A DNA stretch of 63,427 bases, the filler included, from Conidiobolus incongruus B7586 (taxonomy: Eukaryota), in the NCBI GenBank assembly GCA_000697335.1. It is 4 parts of 4 records of this genome, joined end to end, with 100 filler letters (N's around TTAATTAATTAA, not from the genome) between each part and the next. Parts side by side here need not be neighbours in the genome. Positions count along the whole stretch, not along the records: positions 1 to 2,013 come from JNEM01006626.1; positions 2,114 to 29,251 come from JNEM01006627.1; 2 more parts are not named here. One strand, written 5' to 3'. Within the stretch, counting starts at the first letter, position 1. Each line of letters begins with the position of its first letter. The notes under the pieces are model-generated. The model was not told the origin of the DNA, searched no databases, and saw nothing but the letters and a program-made list of their open reading frames with translations. Made by a program: the position numbers and the translations under genes. Of the stretch, positions 1 through 13,177 are shown piece by piece.

Positions 1-1239
1 TTTTTATAGGTTGGTATATTATTTATTAATATTTTTTCATTAGAATATATTAATTAGAAATTTAGGCTTAAATTTAATCTTGTTAAAATTAAATAAAGAT
101 TATCAATAGTTTTTGATTTTATTATTATTAAAACATTATTATATATCCTTTAAATTTGTTTAAAATTTATAAATTAGTTATAAAAATAATAATTTATCTA
201 AAATATCATTTATTATTAAATTTATTACTTTGAAAATAACAGAGATATTATTTAAATCATAATTAAATTTAAAAGGGTATTATTTATTCCTATTTTTTTA
301 TTGGTTAATCAATTGAAAAAAATATATTGAAAAATAAATTTTTTAATTCAGCTAAAGAATTATTTAAGTGATTTAATATTATTTATATTAGTATATTATA
401 TATATCATAGTTTAAATTTAGATATATAAATCAAAATTTAATATAAATATTTTATAATTTAAAAAAAGCTTAAAAGATAACTAAAATAACTCTAACTAAA
501 TAAAACTTTTAAAATATAACCAATAGCAAAGATTTTTATAATAATTCATTATAATTATTAAATCTTGAGTTTTTGTTGCAATATACTTTCCTTACTAATC
601 CATTTACTTAATATTATTAATTACTTAGTAATCAAATGCATACTTATTCTTTTTTTTAAAAATAAACTAGTTCCACTATCCAAATCAAAGTATTAATTAC
701 TAATTGATTTGAAGATATTATTCTTTACTAGCAAAACCCACTAAATTTACTATAATTTGATTACTAATTTTATATTATCTAGTTAATTATAAATACCTAA
801 TTTGCTTAAAGATTATATTTTAAGCAGAACATCTATTTTCCTTATTAATAAAACATATTGACTATAGTCAAGTAGGATAATATAAAATTTTGTTTAAGGT
901 TTTTGAAGAAATAGTTATAATATGGAATTGGCTATTTGGTGAATCCATACCTAATAAGATTAAGAAGGATGATATTCTTCTTTTTTTGCTCCTGATCAGA
1001 TTATATCTTACACTAAATGGTTTGCTATTTATATTAAATCTTTTTTACAAAGGGTTAGGACTTATACTAGGACAGAACTTAAGAATAGGTTATAAAATCC
1101 TGACAGTGATGATGATATTTCATGTCATCAATACTTTTGGGGAACATTATGCATGGCTACTTGAGCTTGTGGTCAATTCATACTTATTTGGCTTTGATAG
1201 TATTTTATATAATTTTTTACTTAAAAACAAAATAAAATA

Positions 1240-1810
1240 TTAATATAATCCTTATTATAAATTCTAAAAAATATATATTTTAATAATAAATAAATATTTA
1301 TTATTATTATAAATTATAATAATATATGGTTTCCTTATTTAGTTTTTAAAAGTAAATTAATTAATATTATATTTTATATTGTTTTTAAATAGAACAATTT
1401 TAATTAGTGTTTTTAATATAAATTAAAAATATTTATTAATATTGATAATAGTTATAAAATATATGAAGCTAAAATTATATAAGATTTTCTTTATAAAAAT
1501 ATTAGAAAAATCTATTATATCTATTATTTATATTAAATTATAACTTATATAGCTATAATTTTTTTAAGTAATTAAAAAATATATTTATAGGAGAAAAAAT
1601 TCCTATAAATAAGTTAAATTATTTTTTAAAATATTAAATTTCAGATTTTAATAAAAAACTATTTTTTAAGTATTAAAAGCTTGCCAAAAGTATAGCAAGA
1701 GGTTATTAATAGTAATAAAAATATAAATTTTATATTTTGAATTAATTTCTATTATTTATATATTAATATTCTTATTTAATTTTAATTTCAAAATTTTGCT
1801 ATAATTTAAT
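1240..1810 (+). repeat. Dispersed AT-rich repeat, copy A (decayed, probable non-autonomous TE relic)
   Basis: Collinear similarity by eye to 14100-14600, 48425-48960 (reverse) and 52164-52640. Example: ttcctataaataagttaaattattttttaaaatattaaatttcagattttaat...taagtattaaaagcttgccaaaa versus tttctataaataaatttaattagtttataaaatattaactttcagtttttaat...taagtgttaaaagtttgccaaaa. Ends approximate. Confidence 0.7.
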
Positions 1811-2013
1811 TTATATATTAATAGAAGGTTTTTTCATTCAAGTTTTTGATTCATATAAAATACTTTTTAATTATTAAATATATAACATTATTAATATATT
1901 TAATAAATGTTAATTTATAATTAAAATAATATAAATTAATTTGAAAGTATATGTTTAAAAATATATATTAATTCAAAGAATATAGATAAATGAAGATTAA
2001 TATTTTTGAAATT

Positions 2014-2113
2014 NNNNNNNNNNNNNNNNNNNNNNNNNNNNNNNNNNNNNNNNNNNNTTAATTAATTAANNNNNNNNNNNNNNNNNNNNNNNNNNNNNNN
2101 NNNNNNNNNNNNN
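2014..2113. other. Assembly gap with artificial TTAATTAATTAA spacer
   Basis: N-run, TTAATTAATTAA (stops in all frames), N-run. The same 100-nt construct occurs three times in the window. Confidence 0.97.
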
Positions 2114-3757
2114 TTTTGAAATTTTCAAATATATTTTTTTAATTTTTATTTATTACTTATTTACTCTGAATATATTAAATAAGTGAATAAAGTGAACTTA
2201 TTAATATATAAATATATAGTAAAAATAATAATTTTTTGTATATTATTTTTAATAATGCATCTTAATACTAACAAAGTTTCAATATTATAATATTTTTAAT
2301 TATAAAAAATCGAAGGAATATCAATAAAAATAAATATATGATAAAAAATATTAATTTTTGTCCAATTATAAATTATTTTTATATTATATAAAAACTGATC
2401 AATTTAATAACTGAATTTCTTCAAAAATTTTATTAATATAATTATTATGTTATAGATGCTTCAAGATTATTATCAAATCAATATAGTATTTCAATATAAA
2501 GATAAATTAGGTATATTAGTATATTTATTTATATATATATCAATTTATAAAATTTATAAATTGAATTAAAATTTTTGTTCAATCAAATAATCAGATTAAA
2601 GAAAAATTAAGCTGTTGAATAATTATTCAGAAATAATCTATTAATTATAAATTAATAGCGATAAAAATATATCTGCGTTTAGCCGCAATTTTATATTTTT
2701 CAAAATAACAAAATTTATCCATAAGACATATATTTGATATTTTTTTAATTTGATAAAATTTCCGATATAACCAATAGAAGTAATTAATAAATTCTAAATG
2801 ATATTTATTCTCTTGAAAAATTTGAGAATTTCAAAATAATTGTCGATTAAGATTAATTCACTAATGATAATGATCTACAAGGAGTTGATGTTTTTGGGAA
2901 TTTTCCAAGAATTTGAGTTAATTAATAAGATAATTGACTAATAATCGAATATTTAGAAAAATAATGCTAATATTTAAAGGTTATTTGTGTTGGTGGGATT
3001 TTGATAGAGTGTTATAGTGTTGGCCTGAATATTAAAATAATTATTAAAAATCAATAAATTAATGATTGGCAATTTGAATAATGATATTTTTTGAAAATTT
3101 CAAATTTCGATTAATTAATTGACAAAATTAGTAAATATCAATTTAATAATGATAATGATATTGATTTTTCTCTCTTATAAATCATTCCATATAATAACAA
3201 AGCAAATATCATCAAAATATTGCGGATGAAAAAAATGCTTCAAATTCAAAAATTAATTGGTAATATATTAATGGAACCATAAATAATAATCCAGAATTTA
3301 CCATTAAAAATTATTCGAAAATCAAATGTGAATCAATAACAACTAATTGATAAGTATGATATTTAAAATGAAGGGATTGAAAATTTATCTAATTTTCGGT
3401 AATAGAATACATTTTAAAGAGTATTTTATACCTGAAGATTTATAAATATTAATTAAATAAATAAACTTTTGAAAAAATTTTAAAATTTTTCGGTCCGTCA
3501 AAATTATGTCAATTCGAATTTATTTGAAAATGACTTGTTTACCCTATTAGAAAATCGAATAATTTTCTAACATTCAATTTGTTACTACCAAATTTAGGAA
3601 AATTTCTACCAGTTTTCAATTGGTAAAAAATTAGATATTTCCAAATCTGTTATTTCATTACATCAACTCAAGATCAAGTATAAAAGGCTAATTTCAGAAA
3701 CTGATGTTCGATTATTAATTATCTGATAAATCTAAGATCATTGATAAATAATTGAGA

Positions 3758-4876
3758 ATGAGTTCTTTTGTTAAGCCTAGAGTTTTTAATAATTTGTTGA
3801 AAGTTCAGCCCAAGTTGAGTATTCCTCGTAAGCAAGTTAAAAATTATTCGAGTAGACCTGCCGTTGAAGGTAATTGATTTAATTAAAATTTAAATTAAAA
3901 TATTCAAAATGATTTCAGTTGGTAGCGGAGCTTCTGAAAGAAAAAAGGTCACTGTTCACACCTTGAACAACCTTTACAAGAAGCAAGTTCCTATCACTAT
4001 GTTAACTGCTTACGATTACCCTAGCGGTCTGTGGGTGGAAAAAAGTGAAGCCGATATCTGTTTAATAGGTGATTCGTTAGGTATGGTGGCTTTGGGATAT
4101 GCCGACACGAGTTCCGTCACATTGGAAGATATGATTCACCATTCCAAGGCCGCGTTTAGAGGAAGTAAATCTGCTTTTAGAGTTGTAGATCTTCCACTTG
4201 GTACTTACGAGCTGAGACCTCAACTCGCTTTAGAAACTTGTTTTAAAATTATTAAGGAAACTGGAGCTGAGGTAACATTCATCAATATTTTTTATTATGG
4301 GATTTAAAATTAATGGGTTGGTATTAGGCTGTGAAATTGGAGGGAGGTCATGAACAAACTGGAGTGATTCAAACTTTGACCCAATCTGGTGTTGCAGTGG
4401 TTGGTCACATTGGGTTAACACCTCAGCGTTTGGCACAGTTGGGAGGATTTAGAATTCAGGGCAAGACTGCAGACCATGCAATGCGTTTAGTTGAAGATGC
4501 ATTGTCAATTCAAGAAGCCGGTGCAGTCATGATGATTTTGGAATGCATGCCATCTCTCGTTGCTAAAATGATTACTCAACACTTATCCATCCCAACCATC
4601 GGCATTGGTGCTGGACCCTACTGCAGTGGTCAAGTACTTGTCACGCCTGATGCTGTTGGTATGTATGATCGCTTCGTACCCAAATTCTGTAAACAATATG
4701 CTCAAATTACACCCACTGTAGTTGATGCCCTCAAGGACTATAATCAAGAAGTGAAGCATGGACAGTTTCCCGCTCAGGAGCATTCCTACCCTATGGCTCA
4801 AGGCGAAGAAGAAATTTTTTTGCGCAAATTTAAACAAAGATACCTAAATAATGGCTTGGAATTTGCTAAATTATAA
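3758..4876 (+). CDS. ECM31: 3-methyl-2-oxobutanoate (ketopantoate) hydroxymethyltransferase, PanB/Ecm31, probably mitochondrial
   Basis: Motifs ITMLTAYD, LIGDSLGMV, AVKLEGG, GHIGLTPQ, PTIGIGAG, GQVLV. Exons 3758-3869, 3919-4271 and 4328-4876 are joined in frame by GT-AG introns. The basic N-terminus resembles a presequence. Confidence 0.95.
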
Positions 4877-6300
4877 ATCTAATTAAATCAAAGATCTATT
4901 AAATTACTATCGAGATAAACTGTAATAATAAATATTTCAAGATTCAATAATATAAAAATTAAATCAATAATTGGTTCTTAAATTAGTAGCGATTAATTGA
5001 GAATTATTCATGAACAAAACTAAGTAATGATGAAAACCAATTGAAAATATAATATTAATGATAGATATAATAAGATTTTCAGAAATAATTGTCACAGCTC
5101 TCAGAGGCATTACCGCTGTAAGCTGTGACAATAATGATAGGCCGTTGTAAGTATTGGATAATATGAAGCGTTGTGGCCGCTCAGACTGCGGTTCGGTTCC
5201 GCGCAACGGGATATTTTGCACTTTATGTATTCAGAACGCTCTTTTCGATTATTCAATACTTATTATCTTATGATTCATCTTGTATCATTTTTCAACATCA
5301 TTCTTTTTATCACTAATTTTATGTTAATATAATTATTTAATCTATAAATAATTTAGGAATTTTCAAAGAATATGAATCTGGCTTTCCTGTATATAAACAA
5401 GTGCCACAACTCCCAATAATCAAATAGGAATAATTGGTTGGTATAGCTATTTAAACTAACTCAGATAGAACAGATATATCATGAATTTCACTCTAATCAA
5501 CAAATTTTCAACTTAATTCCTTTATATAATAATCAAATTTTGATAATTTTACGTGATTATATATCCAAATAGTTGAATTTCATATTAATAAATTGAATAA
5601 ATTTTAAATCATACAAATGATTTTAATTTTGATTTCAGATATTTTAACAAATTGATATTATTCGATATTATAAATTAGATAAGATAATAATTAAATTTAT
5701 TTATATTTTGAAATTTTGTACAATGAAATTATTCTAATTAAACTCAAAAAAATTGAATTAAAAATGGTTATTAAATAGTCCAGGATAATAATTATGTTGC
5801 AATAATGGTGTTAATATATTGATCATTCTATTACAATACTTTATTAAATAGTCTCAAAAAAGAAATAAAAATAGAAATTTAGTATATTTCAGTGCTTTTT
5901 TCTATTATCAGAAATCATAATAGTATTTTCTTTTATTAAATCATTAGTTTGAAAGATATAGATTTAATTATATATTAATATATTTAGTTGTTATCAAAAT
6001 TGAATAAATTAACAAAATTAACAAAATTAATAAATCAAATGAAAAAATCCCATAAAATTAGTTTTTCATTTTAAAATTCAAATAGATATTCCATTCAATC
6101 AAGAATTTTTTTAAATTATTAATTCAACAAAAAAATTAAAATAATATTAATATTAATTAGAATTATAAATCAGTTGATATTTGAAAACTTTATTTTATGT
6201 TAAATCGGATTTTGTAGTTATAGTATTTATAGACAGTAATTAAATTCGTTTTAAAAATTAAAGAATTAACAATTATTCATTCCACATAAAATTACCAATA

Positions 6301-9300
6301 ATGGCCAAATCAAAAAATTTAAAACCCAAATCCAAGAAAAAACTAACAAAAAAAGAACAACAAAGTTTGTTGAACATTTATGAGGATGATTTCGACAGTA
6401 ATAAAGGAAAGCATTTGAGACAGCACAATTTGGACTGGATGTCGGAGGGTGGGGTCGAGCAATACCATGTGGACCATATCAATTCGGAGGACGACGAAGA
6501 GATCGATTCCGACGACGCTTTCGGCGAGGATGGGCTGAACGATCAGTACAATGCTATGGTGTTGGGATTGAAGGATCGTAAGAGAGAAGCTAAGTTGAAA
6601 GGGAAGGGCAAAAAGAAGACCCAAGAAGATTCTGATGATTCTGACGACGACAGATTCGATAAGGAAATTATTTTGGAGGAGGGAGAAGCCTTTGTCGATT
6701 TGTCTACCTTGTTGGATGATGAATCTTTGGTACCTACTGAAGAGGATTATTTGGATACTAAGCACAAGAAAGTCAAGTATCAAGATTTGGTTGGTGATGC
6801 TGATTTGGATGAAGATGATCAAGATAATTTTAAATTAATAGATTCCGAAGATGAAGACGAGGACGATCAACCTCCCTCAGATTACGAAGAAGATCACGAT
6901 GATGAACCCTCCAATCTCACCAAATTTATTACCAGTTTAGACTCTGACCAAAACAAGAAGAAACTCTTCCTCAATGATCACTCTTCACATCGCAACGAAT
7001 CCGAATTCAATTTGGGATCAGCTTACGACGACAACAGTGGCAAACTCGATTTAAAATCATTGTTGAAACCTTTGGAAAATGAATCAGGATTTGATCACCT
7101 TCAAACTAAAGTTCAAGACTTGATGGCTACATCAAAGTCTCAGGTGGCTACCCTCAAAGCCCCCAAGGTCAAACGCATGCAAGAGAAGATCATCCGAACT
7201 GCAGCTTACGAAGAGTCCAAAGAACAAATCAGCCAATGGGAGCCCATAGTCAAAGAGAATAGGGAGAAGGACCACTTGAACTACACTCAGACCGACTCCG
7301 CCGACGTTCAGAGCAAATCCACCAATGTTTTGACGAGTCACCACAAGGTGGAGAACGATATGGAGAAGGAGATCTTCGAAGCATTACAAAGTCACAATAT
7401 TCAAGATAAAAACCTCAAGAATTTTGAAGATTTGCAAACACAGCAGTTAAGCATTAAAGAAGTTAAAGAACGTCAGAAGAAGATGATGCAATTGAGGAAT
7501 TTGTTGTTTAAGGAAGAACTCAAGGCTAAGAGAGTTGCTAAGATCAAGTCCAAAGCCTATAGGAAGGTGTTGAGAAAAGAGAAAGCTAAATTGGCTAAAT
7601 TGCAGCAGGAAGCGGATGGTGAGAAGGATTTCGAAGATAGTGACGAAGAGGCTACTAAGAATGAAATTGCTCGTGCTAGAGTAAGTAAATAATTTATGCT
7701 TATAACGGCTGATAACTAATTAATTAACCAGGAACGTATGTCTCTCAAACATCAAAACACTACCAAATGGGCCAAAAACTTGATGAAACATGGTGGTAGA
7801 GAAATTGAGGTAAATTCACTTAGTAATATTATGGTTATGCATATATTTAACACCAGTTGCAGAGTCATCAAGCCATTACCGAACAATTACAAGAGCACGA
7901 TAGATTGACTCAAAAGATCATGGGCAAATCCAACCCTGACGAAGAGTCCGACGATGATTATGATGATTTGGACAACGGCACCATTGATACCAACGACAAG
8001 CAACAGGTTATCAATTTTGCTTTCAACGAATTGGACAAGATCATCAATGAAGATGATGAAGACCAAAAATCTAACAAAGGCATTATGGGTATGAAATTCA
8101 TGCAAAAGGCTCTCGAAAGACAGAAAAAGGAAGCTGAGGAATTGGCCCAACAAGCTCAAGAAGATTTGAGAATGTTGAATAGAGACTCTGACGATGATAT
8201 CGACGATGCCCAAAGTGAGAGCGACGATGAGGATTCCAAACACAGACAAGTTGTTCAGGGTAATGAAGGTCGCTTACAATTCTCAGGCACTGGGGCAGCT
8301 GCCGAAGATCATGACGACTTACCCAGCCAGTCCAAAAAACAGGATAAAAAGAAAAAGAGCAAATCTGCCACTAGCGACAAACCTCAACTCTCCAAGAATG
8401 GCACTTACACCAAAACTGTTGAAGGTTCTGAAGATATTGATAATGAACAATCTTCTGAAACACCAGTCGTTGAGGAAGAATCCAACCCATGGCTGTCTCA
8501 CCAAGATGAATTACCTTTAGCGGGTATCAAGTCCAAGAAAAATCAGGGTGGCCAACTCAGCCAAGCTGAGAAAGCCACCTTGAAGTTGAATAAGGTCAAA
8601 TCCAGCATGAAGGATAAGGACCAATCCAATTTGGCTAATGTTAAAGTGAATGCTCAAAAGACTTTGAGTAATATTATTTATCCTGAAGATGGTGAATATT
8701 TGTTATTTATATTAATATTGCAATGATGTTAATTATTTTTTAGAAAATGTTGAAGATGGTGAAGAACAACCTACAATGGTGCATGCTAGCCAATTAGCAT
8801 CCTTTAACCAGAGAGAATTGGTGGAATTGGCATTTGCTAATGACGACGTCGTTCAAGTATGTTAATACCCATACCTTTGTCATATTCTTAACTAATTAGA
8901 TTTATAGGAATTCGAAGAAGAAAAACAACAAACTATTGAAGCTCAAGCACCTAAAGATGAAGACATTACACTACCAGGTTGGGGCAGCTGGGGCGGTGAA
9001 AAACTCCAACCTAAAAAGAGATTGTTTAAAGCAGCCAAGCCCGGATCAGGAGTAGATCAGAACAAACGTAAGGATCGCAAACTCAATCACGTGATTATTA
9101 ATGAAGTACACAATCCTAAAGTAAGTTTATACATTATTTATTACCATACCATTTGCTAACAATCGCTTAGTTGGAGAAATACACAGTTCGAGAACTTCCA
9201 TCCCAATACCGAACCAAAGAAGAGTTTGAGCACACGATGCGTGGCGCAATCGGCAAAGAGTGGAATCCTACGACTACTTACCACAAAGCTATCAAACCCA

Positions 9301-9362
9301 GAGTCTTGGTTACCAAGGTTGGCAAAGTTATCGATCCTATTAAAGCCCCGTTCAAGCAGTAG
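6301..9362 (+). CDS. UTP14: U3 snoRNP/SSU processome protein Utp14
   Basis: Motifs EEIDSDDAF, AYEESKEQISQWEPIV, KAKRVAKIKSKAYRK, ERMSLKH, LPGWGSWGG, IGKEWN. Multi-exon, with GT-AG introns near 7681, 7810, 8692, 8857 and 9121. Confidence 0.95.
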
Positions 9363-9879
9363 TCGAGGAGTTTATTTTTGTGTAAAATTTGTTATAGAGA
9401 TTTTATTAATAGATATTCATATTTTTAATCAATAAATTATTAATGATTCAATTATTATATATTATATGGTATTTAAAAATGAATATTACAATAAGAAATA
9501 AAATTGAATAATTTGAATTTAATATCACCAAATAATTATGTTATAAATTCCCGTTTGAGTCAAAATATTAGTGATAATTTACTAATAAATATTTTTACAT
9601 TATATTGATTTACCATAATATTTTAATGAAATTTATATTATTTGCCAATTCAAAGATATTGATCGATATAACATTTGTTGAGGAGATTAGCTATATTCAT
9701 ACACTTGAAATGTATAAGTTTTTAAGGCTATTGATAATATTTATGGATATGATAAATTTGTATTATATTTTAATCATTTCAAAATGCTCAATACAAATTT
9801 GATTAAATAGAATTTAATAAATGATAATAAATATATAGAACAATCAATTTAAACAATAATTTATGTTTTATTCCAATAT

Positions 9880-10739
9880 TTAATTATGAGATTGTCTAAT
9901 ACTAATTTGACCTTCTACCATTTCGGGAGTCACACCTAATTCTTTCAAACATACATAATATCTTTCCAAACTTTTGCGCTTTAAATATTTCAAAATTTTA
10001 GCTCTCTTATGGAGGAAATGCTCGTACTTGCGACGATTGTGTAAATCCTTCTTGTTTTGTTTCAAATGGGTTTCCAAGTTGCGGATTTTGAGAGTCCAGA
10101 TAGCAGCTATTAGGAAATTAATATATACTAACCTATATGAATATATTGATGCAAAATTTACCTTGAACTTCGGGACTTCCAGTATCACCTTCCTTTCTAC
10201 CAAAATGTTCGACACATTTTTCAATATTGTAAGCTCTAATACCTTTAGCGTTAGCGGTATTCAAACTTACTAAACGTCTAATGGATTCTGCTTGGTTCTG
10301 AATCTTGGTAGGATCCAAAGGAACAAAACTACTCAACTGACTCTGTGTCAACACTTTGGGTGTAGTTTCAAACAAAAATTTACGTTCTTTTTCTCCGATT
10401 CCATTTTGGTAATAGATCTTGTCAGATTTGTTTAATTCATAATTAACTACTTTTTCGGGTTCGTTCATACTTTCCAGTCTGCGTTGAGCTTCCGAAACTA
10501 AATCGGCATGATGGAAACTTTTGGGAGTGGGTAAACTGTTGAAGAATTCGGATTTGGGAGCAGGGTGCTTGGGAGGATCGACTACACAGGGTACAGTACG
10601 CTTAGCACTGTGACGCGCTAACGCTAAGGTTTGAGTATGGAATCCTCTTTGTCCTAATTTTATTAATCAACATATTGTTTTTCAATATTTAAATTTTGTT
10701 GATAATTTTACCAAATTGAATAAATTGTCTAGGTAACAT
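9880..10739 (-). CDS. MRPS28: Mitochondrial ribosomal small subunit protein uS15m (yeast Mrps28-like)
   Basis: S15 signature DTGSPEVQ|AAIWTLKI..HLKQNKKDLHNRR...KRAKILKYLKRK spans the intron 10161-10107. Short first exon from ATG 10739 (MLPRQFIQF). Confidence 0.9.
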
Positions 10740-11231
10740 ATTATTTCTCTATAATATATATTTAAACAAATAAATCCCTTAAAATTTCTATTATTATTTG
10801 TTTTAATAAATATATATTTATATTTTGTATAGATTTATTTTGATTCATAAAAATCGAATAAGGTAAAAATATTTAAATTTTTGAACTATAATCTTTCAGA
10901 TTATGGGATTTGGTGTGTTTGGGAAACTGAAGTGAATTTTTTGGTAAGCAAATATGAAAAAATAACATAAGTGAATACAATATTAGTTGAATATGAAATA
11001 AGGTTATTAAATTTAATCGATTATAATAAGATATATAAATATAGAATAGAAAGTATATATTATTTAACCTAAATCATGATTTATATTATGAAAATTATTT
11101 TTTAGAAAATTAATCAAGTATTAATTCAAGGTATTTGATATAATGAGTAAAATGTAGCAAGTAAATTATAATAGAATAATTAATGGCTTGAACAGCAATG
11201 ATTTTATTAATATAAGTTAAGCTTAAAACGT

Positions 11232-11303
11232 GGCTCGATGGTTTAGTGGTATAATTCTCCCTTAGGGTGGGAGAGGTCCTGGGTTCGATTCCCAGTCGAG
11301 CCC
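11232..11303 (+). tRNA. tRNA-Pro (AGG)
   Basis: 72-nt cloverleaf with acceptor GGCTCGA/TCGAGCC, anticodon arm CTCCC-TTAGGGT-GGGAG, T-loop GGTTCGATTCC and a downstream T-run. Confidence 0.97.
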
Positions 11304-11658
11304 TGATTTTTTATTATATCTTCTAACCCATACATTTTTACTAGGCCTTCATCATTCTTGACTTAATGATTGTTATCATAATTATTTAATCTTTTTCGTT
11401 TTTTGAATTTATTTTCTAATGATCTATAACAATATCCACCCACCAAATCTTTACATTATCGTTTAATGATTTCTATTTTTAACTATTTTTCAGTAAAATA
11501 TGATAATTTAATTCATTATACTATCTGCTACTTAAAGATTAAATACCGCACTTATTATTAATTTTTAAATTTTCCCATAATTCAACCATTTATCAATTAA
11601 TTATTTCAAGATAATTATCCTAGTCCACTATGAATTATAAATCAGTACAATCACAAAA

Positions 11659-13177
11659 ATGAAATATACCAAAGTATTAAGATATCAAGTTATTCCAAAA
11701 TCTTTGAATAAAAAATTCATCGATTTGAGATCGGATACAGGTAAATTTAATTGGTGATTTGATGGGTTTATATTTATTGGGATGTAGTTACTAGACCCAG
11801 TACTGATATGCTGAAGATGATTCAAAGTGCTTCCGGTGGGGATAATGTTATGGAAGTAATCAATTTTATAATCATTTATGAATAAATCAAATGATATATC
11901 TGATCAATTAGGAGGATGCAGATACCATCCGACTCGAAAACCGACTTTGCGAAATGACAGGGAAGGAGTCGGGACTGTTCTGCGTATCAGGCACCATGAC
12001 CAACCAATTGGGCATTCGTTCAGCTTTGAAACAGCCTCCATACTCCATCATCTGCGATTCCAGAAGCCATATTTACAAGTATGAGTCCAATGCATTAGCG
12101 CACTTGTCCCATGCGCTAGTCATTCCCACCACACCCCAATTCAAACACCATCTGACTTTAGAAGATATTGAAAATTGCGTGAGACTGGACGAATCGGACG
12201 TACATTTGGCCCCTACTAAATTAATTAGTTTGGAGAATACTTTAAATGGGTCTATTTTTGATTTTAAAGAAATTGAGTAATTGATATTGTTATATTATTG
12301 CAATACAGTTTATTTATTGAGTGATATTTAGAAAAATTAGTGATTATTGCAAACAAAATAAGATTCACTTACATTTAGGTAAATATTAACAGTCTCAAAT
12401 GTTATATTTTATTAATAATTTATAATATTTAGATGGCGCCAGATTATGGAACGCAAGTATTAAAGAAAACATTCCCCTCAAAAATTATTGCGATTTATTC
12501 GATAGTGTAATTCTACTGTAATTATTGCATTATATTTAAAATTAATCATTATCATTTAGGTTTCTTTATGCTTTTCAAAAGGTATTTTATCAGGGTTCAG
12601 GTTCTTAATTGTACTAATTTATCAATTCACTAAGGATTGGGTGCTCCTATTGGTTCTATTATATTAGGTAAACATTGAATTTAAATTTTAATAACAACAA
12701 TTAACTAATCACATTAATAGGTAACAATGAATTAACTCAAAAATCTAAACAATTTCGAAAGATGATTGGCGGAGGGTAATCCCTAATAATTCAACTCATT
12801 ACATTATTCACTCATCTTATCTATTTAGCTGGAGACAGAGCGGTATCCTAGCCAAAGCCGTCGACTACTGCCTCGACAGCACATTGCCCAAATTAGCTCA
12901 AGATCACGAAAGAGTAGCTCAATTGGCAATTAAATTAAAAGAATTAAACCTATCTTTCGATTATCCCCCCGACACCAATATGTTATTTGTGAATTTTAAA
13001 CACTATAATATCACTGGCGACTTTATGGCTGAAAAATTAAGGGATGAAGGAGTATTGTGTTATAGCTATGGTGGTAATACTATTAGATTAGTGTTTTATT
13101 ATCAGTTGCCCGAGAATGTAGTAGATCAAGTATTCGATAAAATTTTTAAAATTATTCAATTGAATTCTAAAAATTAA
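11659..13177 (+). CDS. GLY1: Low-specificity L-threonine aldolase (PLP-dependent)
   Basis: Motifs DLRSDTVT, SGTMTNQL, HIYKYES, LENTLNG, HLDGARLWNA, SLCFSKGLGAPIGS (PLP Lys), GGGWRQSG. About nine exons reconstructed by eye. Confidence 0.93.

Noticed and set aside
890..1243. 117-aa ORF from the track
   Set aside because: TTG start, composition driven by AT richness and no motif; treated as part of a decayed relic.
2058..2069. Palindromic TTAATTAATTAA recurring three times between N-runs
   Set aside because: It is an artificial scaffolding spacer, not biology.
5150..5175. TGGATAATATGAAGCG resembling the TPP riboswitch P5 region
   Set aside because: There is no P5 pairing, no upstream CUGAGA and no adjacent thiamine gene.
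4964..5221. 85-aa minus-strand ORF
   Set aside because: GTG start with a stop just upstream and atypical codons; better explained by the structured GC island.
6343..8520. Antisense and alternate-frame ORFs over UTP14 (likewise over ROM2, the chitinase and TUF1)
   Set aside because: These are shadow ORFs caused by codon bias and low-complexity repeats in the real genes.
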